Shown here in pieces: positions 55,882-64,000 of a stretch of 64,000 bases of DNA (positions are counted from its first letter, which is position 1; each line of letters begins with the position of its first letter). The DNA lies in assembly GCA_951406725.2 (NCBI GenBank), contig OX597820.1:83266001-83330000 (forward strand), read 5' to 3'. This DNA is from Octopus vulgaris (lineage: Eukaryota). The position numbers and the translations under genes are program-made. The notes beneath the pieces were generated by a model. That model had not been told where the DNA came from, searched no databases, and worked only from the letters and a program-made list of their open reading frames with translations.

Positions 55882-55968
55882 ATAATAATAATAATAATAA
55901 CAACAACAACAGCAGCAACAACAGCAGCAGCAACAACAACAACAACAACAACAACAATAATAATAATA
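55733..55968. repeat. Compound (GTA/GTG)n-(AAT)n-(CAA/CAG)n-(AAT)n microsatellite
   Basis: Directly visible. Confidence 0.95.
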
Positions 55969-56399
55969 TGAAGAATAACGATAAGAATAATAAGAGGCAG
56001 ATGCGATTGCAACAGATGTTTGAACGATATTTCGAGAGCTGTCTTCATCGAGTTCAGAATAAAAAGTGATACATAGAAGTTCAAAATGATAGAAATTCAC
56101 ATCCAAAATTTGAACGACGCAGCCAGCGTTCTCACGAAAATGGATCGACATCAACCGTCTTCAATTTTCTTGTTCAGAGCTGGCAAAAAGGAAAAAGAAA
56201 GAGTGAAAAAGGTAAAGAAAAAAGTACAGGGAAAAGACGGATATTTTAAGCAAAAATTTTTTTTATAAATATGATGAAATTCTCCCGTTAATTTATTCAT
56301 CTTTTCAGGACGTGATGTTAAAAACTAACTAACATATATCTCCTCATGCATTTTCAGAACTGAATGTGTACCAGATATAGAATATTTTCTGAGAACAAA

Positions 56400-57170
56400 C
56401 ACTTTAAATTCTTTTTCAAAATTTCAGCCGTTTGATGTAAAATTTTCGGCAAGTTCTGTCGAACTGCTGTTATTGTGTCTGACGTCATATCTGTGTCAAT
56501 TTAATCTTTTGTTTAACTACTCTGTTGTACAACTAACATAAATCAAGTTGTGTTTGGTGCATTCTGCTGCGTACACAAAATGGAAATCTCTACACGTCCG
56601 TTTAATTCATAACATTTCTGTTATGGTTCATTATGGAATCGACTTGACACACATTGTTGCACAGTGAACACGGCTTACCTCCCTTGCCGCTGTTTTTCAA
56701 GGTACAGCGTGCAGAAACTCCGATGTTAGTTTTCAACTATTGAAGTAGTTTTTAATAATTCTCTTATGTTTTGATTCGGTCTAAAGACTACAAGCAGAGG
56801 AAATATATGTTTGAAACGAGGATATTTATCCGCAACATGCTGGTAACTTGCATGCAGCACTTTCGAAATGCCAGCGAAATTTCGGTGCCAGTTAATTCTG
56901 TCAAATATTGTACTTCATTTGTAAAATTATCCATGGAAATTTGACGTCTTTGCTAATCATAGCTATGTCACTTACAATTTCCTTCAATCGTGATCCACTA
57001 TAACTGCCTTTGGTATAATTGTGTACAAGACCATTTTCGTGTTTCCAGTAATTACCTATAGCAGTACAACTCGTTTTATTTTCAAAAATTGGGATATCGA
57101 TTTGGACGGATTTATATGATGTGGATGATTGGAACGGCGGTGGAGATAAATGTGGGATGAAATTCAATTC
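56400..57170 (-). pseudogene. Possible mariner transposase remnants
   Basis: Faint similarity to the PPYSPD..D..LF block and the C-terminal G.YFE block on the minus strand. Confidence 0.25.
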
Positions 57171-57227
57171 TAAAATAACTTTGCCATTATTCTGCCCCCA
57201 GAAAACTTTATTACATCGACCCCAGTA

Positions 57228-57557
57228 CAGGTATGATAGAGGTGCACAATGTATTCACTGGGCAGTTTGCAAAACCTTGACCTACCCCGTGACAAAAACT
57301 GTTGGAAACACAAACCACATACAGTTCTTAAAACTGATCACATCGCACTCCTCTGGAACTTCACCATTCAAACTGACAGAAAGACAGATGCAAATAGGTC
57401 AGACATTATATTGAAAGACTTCAGACAAAATTCCTGCCTCCTCATTGATATGACTGTCCCAATCGACATAAACCTATCTGTCAAGAACTACCAAACATTG
57501 AGCAAGTTTAACGATCTTGAGATAGAAATTGTTTAAATGTGGTACCTCAAGACAAAC

Positions 57558-57560
<3 letters not shown>
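57228..57560 (+). pseudogene. R4/Dong REL endonuclease fragment ending in (AAT)n
   Basis: RYDRGAQCIHW, LLWNFTIQTDRKTDANRSDII, LIDMTVP and KFNDLEIEI motifs. Confidence 0.88.
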
Positions 57561-57602
<42 letters not shown>

Positions 57603-57609
57603 CTTTTGA

Positions 57610-58085
57610 GGAAAATATTGAGTGTCGTCAGTAGACATTTGCAAATGACTCAATAGATAATGTGAAAATACGCTGGGAAATGTTCTATGTAGACTTGTTC
57701 CCTTCGATACTTTTAGCAATTCCGCTAATGCTTCTGACAAATATATAGAGAAAATCCTGGCCTGCTTATGGGCTTACCAAAATTAAGCGGAAAACACATC
57801 ACCTACATTATATGGATGACCTCAAAATAGATGCCAAAATTGAGACAGCACTGGATTCTATAATTCAAACAGAACTTTCAATAATGACATAGGAATATAG
57901 CTTGGCATAGATAAGTGCGCAGTACTAACTATGAAGAGAGGCTGGAAGACCAAGTTTGATGACACAAAAATACCACAAGGCAACGTCTTTCGATCGCTTT
58001 TGAATAATAACGGATAGTAATCTCTAGTGGGTTTTAAAAAATATGCTGTGCAGTGTAGAAAAGAATACTTTCGTCAGGAAGAATT
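57610..58085 (+). pseudogene. R4/Dong RT fragment containing YMDD
   Basis: HHLHYMDDLKIDAK..NDIGI*LGIDKCAVLTMKRG. Confidence 0.85.
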
Positions 58086-58329
58086 ACCAAGTAAGTGACT
58101 GAAACAGTCGAAGAATAGAAAGAGAAAGGAGAAAGGAACAGAATAACCAAATGGAAAGAAATTGAACTACGTGTATAAAACGCTAACATCTGTCTTGACT
58201 GAATATACCTATAGTTTTTTTAATAAAATGCCGCATATTCCCTAATGTCCAGTTCAGGCAACAAATGGAGAATTAACATTTTGAGAGAGCACCGTCTCTG
58301 TATGTGTGCTAATGCTTCTCTCGTATCGT

Positions 58330-58900
58330 GATTTCCCGAGACTCACAGTTCGAAATCCACCTCTATTCCTTTTCCTAGTTTTATTACCCAGCAGATCTGC
58401 TTTTTTTTTATCTGCTCCAAATGAAACGTGTAGCTTTTTATTTATTTCTTTACTATTATTTCTTGCTTTTAATATGATTAAACACTGTGTGTTCGATGTT
58501 TGTCTTGCTGACGTGCGGAAGATTGAACATCAAGAAAGAACTGTCGGGAAGGTTTGGAAAATATATAAGATATATAAAATATACATGTTTGTGTTCTATT
58601 TTTCTACTGCTATTCTTCTGGTATATTTTTACCATGTTTTACAGTTCTGTTGCTTTGTATGTACTCAAGAGCCTATTCCTCTGTTTGTTATTTCTGTACG
58701 GGTGATATTATCATCTGCAGTGTCTAGGTTTCTGATAAGGCATCAGAATTCCATGAAATATTAATGTTAAGATGATATTCAAAATTGTCATTCTAACATC
58801 GAAGAATTCCATCATCTTTATCTTTTGTTACCAGTATGTTATATTTTTATTTACTTTCCATTCATGTCACATGCTACAAATTTTGTGAGTTTTTGTTCTC
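58330..58900 (-). pseudogene. RTE LINE 3' remnant
   Basis: MEF*CLIRNL..DNITRTEI resembles the RTE FEMWCxRRML..D.ITNEEV block. Confidence 0.35.
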
Positions 58901-59949
58901 AGTGTCAACATCTAACATCTTTATTTTGCCATTTTATTTATGCAAATATCAGGAGAATTAAATTTTACTGGTCAATAAATGTTGGCACAAAAGCCATTTC
59001 CTTCAACGAAAGAAGTAAAGGGAAAATCGGTTCCGTTCTAGAAAATGCAGAAATACTGTTGGTTCTAATTTGAAATGAAATCCCAGGTCACCAATGTAAA
59101 ATTACATTTAAAAAACCTTAGGTTTCGAGACTATCGACACTGAAGCTGCCTTCAGCACGTTCTCAAGACTTGCTGTGAGGAAGATACGTCGCGCCCATAA
59201 CACTTATGACCTGTGACAGAGAAATCATCAACACAACATTGGTTTTACAGGAGGAAGGGACATAACCCTTTACCGGTGCATGACTGGTGATATGTATGTC
59301 ATTAATATCCATTAAACATGATGAAAACACGAATATATCTGAGATTCCAGATGACATATAAGTTAATATGGGTAAGTTAGACCAGACGTATTAAGGTACC
59401 GGCAAGTGGAGAAGTAAGTAGAATGGTGATGCATGGGGAGTGGAGGTATGAAACCAGCCTTAATTGCCGGTTGGAGACCATTGCAGTCCTGACAGAAAAG
59501 GTGGGGAAATAACGCGGTACCTACGTGAAATGGAGACTTAAATAGATCTGCTAGGGATTGAATGCCAATCTGCTGAGCGTTTATTCTCCATTGTTTGTAT
59601 GCGATCTAGAGTATCAAAAAGCAAAACAGCAGCACCATCGCAAGTGTGGAAGCAATGTTCAATTGCGGAACTCGCATCTATTTTTCAGAGCCCCAGCAGA
59701 AGTTTGGAGAAGAAAGGTATTGTGACCGTAACAGGGAATGGGTAGCTGTTGGAATGCAGTTTAAGTCACGCTAAGGATGTGGTTTCACCAAAAGAAGACT
59801 TATATTGGAATGAACCCATCTATTTAGAGCAACTGGTAGGGATCCACCTGAGTGAAGCTAAATAAAGTTTAGAGGGATCTTGTTGCAGTTGGTGTTCTTA
59901 GATTCGAGTAGCACTTCATTCAGACAAAGCATATTAAAATAGGATATGA

Positions 59950-60560
59950 AAATATGGGGAAGCGCAAAACCGTGTCATGAAGCAAAAGTATGATTACAAA
60001 ATATGATTCTGCTATAGAGCGCATCAATTATTTTGAGTGTTTCTATTGCATAATACTTAAATTACGAGTTGTACTTGCGTCTTAACTAGCAAGAATACTA
60101 AGAAGTAGAATCTAGAACAGGTGGAATATCATCCAAGGACTCAATGTTTGACTGCATAAAGCATTATCATTTTGTGGTACTATATGCTTAGAACAGTGCG
60201 ACACTAACAACAGGAGTTGCATACATATCAAATGTCTTTGGAAAGCAGGGTTTTGGGTCTATGGTAAGGCAATTAGTGCGAGGGCGATCTAGACATTAGA
60301 AAATATGAAACAAGTATCATACTATAAAAGATGTAATCATAAGGAAAATATTGACAGGCTTCGACCATGCAATATGAAATCATATATCAGCTATATACTT
60401 AAGAGATGACCTTCTTAATACATGGAGTAACCATTTCGGTCACCTCACAAACCGCAGAAAATTCGTCGGAATATATTTGTGCCACAGTAACAGAAGTGCA
60501 TTGGAAAGAAGAATGTTGTGTTGCATCAACTGGGAGGGAAAAGAATAAGGTGTGAAGACC
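59950..60560 (+). pseudogene. RTE LINE 3' remnant
   Basis: Traces of LLYGxE (VLYA*) and WFGH (GFDH) blocks. Confidence 0.3.
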
Positions 60561-61999
60561 TCTCCATGGTTTTATATACTTTATAGAGGCTTAAAAATAA
60601 TCCAAAATTATTCCGGGTAACAATAGGATATTATGTCCACCTCCTGCATCGAAATGAGTTATTTCTGAGATTGCTCTTATAAAATACATGTAGAAGAGAA
60701 GATACAGATTAATATATACAACATAGGTTAATTAACCATTATTTCATTGACCAAGTAAAAAATGTAGTCATAATTTGGGAGATTTGATTTCACAATGTAC
60801 AGAAACATAAATATTCCATGATATTTTGTCCCGATGTTGTATCGCCCACTGAGCGCTGTTTTCTTCATTTAAATAATAATATGATTTATGTATTATTCAT
60901 AGATAATGCTGAAGAAATACTAGTAGCATGCACACACAGAGGTGGATATGCATAATTAATATTTTGAAATCATACACATTATGCAATAAAGGTGTATGTA
61001 TATCATTGATTCTTTTGTCCAGTTAAATGCTCATTTCAATATTACGATAATATTATGCACATATATTACTACTACCCTTCAGTCCAACGAATTTCAATAC
61101 ATTGCAGTATCGAAACACATCTAATCTGGAATAAATACACACAAATATATACTACATAGAATTATATCTATGTGTAAATATATACAAATTGCACACATTT
61201 GGTTTGGTAAGTCTGTCTTGGCCAAAACTTCCGTACATTTCGTGGAGTAGCTGCAATTCAATTTTAGACATGAAGATTTGCTTGATGATGGAAACATTGT
61301 AATAGATGCCAAGCAGATTGAGTACCTCTCTCTTAACAGAGAAAGCTAATGAGCAGCGCCAATCACACGTGATTACCCAAGTCTCTGTACAGACAAAACA
61401 ATACTTCTTAAAAGAACATGTTACTTTAATAAATTTTCGACCATTACAGGCTATCAAACAGTCAATCCACACGATGCTATATGAGGAATATTCTCTTCTA
61501 TATTCGTTGTTAAAGGGTCATATTACAAAGAGTGCCATATAAAGAATATTTGTTTCCATTATGTCGTGAATAGAATAGGGCTTTTCTACATACGATGACC
61601 ATTCAATAATGCATGCGTTGCCACATGGAGAACAAAAGTACGCCAGGCTTGAAAGGAAAGTATAGTAATATTACAGCACACTCACTGTGAATAATGGGTC
61701 ACTCTTATGAGTGTACGTGTACTTAACGTTAGCCACAAATGTGCAAACAAATATGTACACACACATGAATGCATATATTTAACACACACACATACACAAA
61801 CATGCACAGATATACACACACACGAACACACACACTGCACACGAACACACACACCGTACACAAACACACACACACATATAGATACATACATATATGATCG
61901 TTTGTATGTATACATAACTATGAATATATATATCCACATTTACCTATCAACCAATCTATCAATCAATCTATCTATCTATCTATCTGTCTATCTATCTAC

Positions 62000-62038
<39 letters not shown>

Positions 62039-62044
62039 AATATT

Positions 62045-62570
62045 CATCTCTGCAGATGTGCACTTAACATTATTCCAAGTAAAAGATGGAGAAGAACACC
62101 CTTCCTCGAGTAGATTGCAGTGATTTTCACTGATCATGCTTAGTCGTCTTCTTTCACGTTAAACAGGAATACATTTTATATCTCCTGCATTTCTCTGCCA
62201 AAGTCTCTGCCACATTATGGTACAAATTATGACAGACTCTCTGACATTTTGGGGGACAAATTTCGCAGAAATTTTGCCCGTTCACAATTCGTTGGTGAAA
62301 ATTTGATGAACGTTGGTGAGCGTCAAATTCAATTTCTCTGCTACCTATCTGATGGTTAACCGACTGTCGGCTTGCACGAGGTCTCTGATGCGTTCCACAT
62401 TTTCGACATTTCTTGAAGTTAATAGCCTTCCTGTCTAACGGACACCTTCAACATATTCTTAGCCTTCGAACATAGGTTACGACGCATCTTAAAATATTTG
62501 CTCTTGAGAAAATTCTCTTCCTGTAAACCTGTTGAAGTTGCGCAAAAGGTTGAAACAAAACTTAATCCTA
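62045..62570 (-). pseudogene. Mariner transposase N-terminal remnant
   Basis: ENVERIRDLVQADSRLTIR*VAEKLNLTLTNVHQIFTNEL..KISAKFVP. Confidence 0.85.
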
Positions 62571-63392
62571 ATCGTTACCCGTAACTGGCCTCGATCATTT
62601 TGGGACACATTTCACCTGTTAATGCTACATGACTGCTGCTTGAATTGAAGTAATGGTGGACGTTAATGTGTTAACACCATGAAGGAGACTCAGCAGTGTG
62701 GCCAGATTGAACGTGATGAGACTAGTCTCATTACTGAGAGACCTCGTAATTTTCAGAAATCCCTGGGAATTTAATATTACCGGAGGGTACTGCCGGTTCC
62801 AGAGAAAGTTTACAAACACGAAAGATGAATTAATCGGCCCTGTTGAAGATGTGTGCAGAGCGACAAAACCGTTCTTTACGCAATCGTCCAATACCCGAAT
62901 ATTGCTGATTTTTTTTATTAGTGTAGGAGACGTGCTTTCATGCTCGGCATGGATCCAAATATCAGCTGATTCCATTGTGAAAATCGTTTCGTTGTCTTGC
63001 TTTGGCTGGAAAGGTCAATCAGTGTTTATATATTGGCATTTGCATAATAGAGTGTGTGTGGTGGACCAAATAGAATGGGCTGAAGACAGACACTTTTCTC
63101 AATCCCTCATCAACACTTTTGGATTTCACTTAAAAAAAAAAAAAATCAGTGTATACAAGGAAGAACGGCTTACCAGAAGATTTGTTAAAAGGTGGATAAA
63201 ATTGGCGTCCATGGTCAAAGCAGACGAAACTACTCTAAGCATGGGCCTTTAGGTTGAGGGAGGTCAACACGGACAAGACATTTGTTTTAGTGGTTTGTTT
63301 GACCATGAGTTCTATGTATAACATTCAAAAGTCTACTCTTTTGAGAAACTATTCATTGTTGAAATTTATTGTTGTTATTGTTTTAATGATGG

Positions 63393-63508
63393 GGGTGATG
63401 TGGCAGAATCACTAGAGCGTCGGGCAGGGGACTTGTACTATCTGTTCCCGCTCTTGGCATCCTGAGTTAGACCCGCCGATATGAACGTTGCTTTGCATCC
63501 TTCCGGAT
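63393..63508 (+). mobile_element. Meta-domain SINE 5' fragment
   Basis: gggtgatgtggcagaatcactagagcgtcgggc..ttgctttgcatccttccgg. Confidence 0.6.
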
Positions 63509-63669
63509 CACTGCAATGATATTCCAGTGAAGTGATTGCCCACTTCACGCAAAACGAATGCCTTTGTACCAGAATATGAAAACATTATCAGCACCACCAC
63601 AACCATTGCAACCATCATAGACAATATTACCGCAAAGAATATTGCCACCACCACCAACACCAGAGGTAT

Positions 63670-63760
<91 letters not shown>
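63670..63760. repeat. (CTA)n microsatellite
   Basis: Directly visible. Confidence 0.95.
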
Positions 63761-63761
<1 letters not shown>

Positions 63762-64000
63762 TGCAAACCAAATGTATGCCCGACGGGCATACCGGCGAAT
63801 GCTATTTGCATATAGTCATGGACTGGCAAATCAGTTTCCCTCAGTTTCGGTTGGGATACGCGATGTTGATGTGGCACAAAAATGGTGAAACATCAATATT
63901 CATGACGCCTAACAGGGAACTGGGGCGATTCGTCTCGTCTCTTGGTGACTGTAAGCTGTTTGAACACCCGGAACTTTGAGGGAGCCATCACCACCACGTT

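Noticed and set aside
61152-61542. Overlapping short ORFs (possible terminal exon HEDLLDDGNIVIDAK.. or piggyBac-like trace)
   Set aside because: No diagnostic motif and weak splice context

Overview
AT-rich, microsatellite-dense eukaryotic DNA, most likely an octopod cephalopod. That assignment is inferred from two tRNA-derived SINE families, one CORE-like and one Meta-domain. No intact host protein-coding gene is recognisable, and most ORFs in the track are translations of (TA)n/(CA)n/(AAT)n tracts. The window is mostly decayed mobile elements: CR1/L2-like, L1/Tx1, RTE and R4/Dong LINEs, mariner remnants, a compound Helitron with an internal ~165-bp satellite, and a Neptune-type Penelope-like element (PLE) with ~850-bp inverted terminal repeats. 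The most notable signal is a set of apparently unrelated non-coding elements. They sit in (TA)n/(AAT)n tracts, mostly have fold-back (inverted-repeat) architecture, and carry type I hammerhead ribozyme motifs. Complete cores lie at 38481-38546 and 49128-49180. A U3-A8 covariant core lies in the PLE at 37470-37507. Decayed copies lie at 45515-45565, 12102-12150 and 5588-5632. Together these look like a PLE-dependent, retrozyme-like system. All folds were assigned by eye and need computational and biochemical confirmation.
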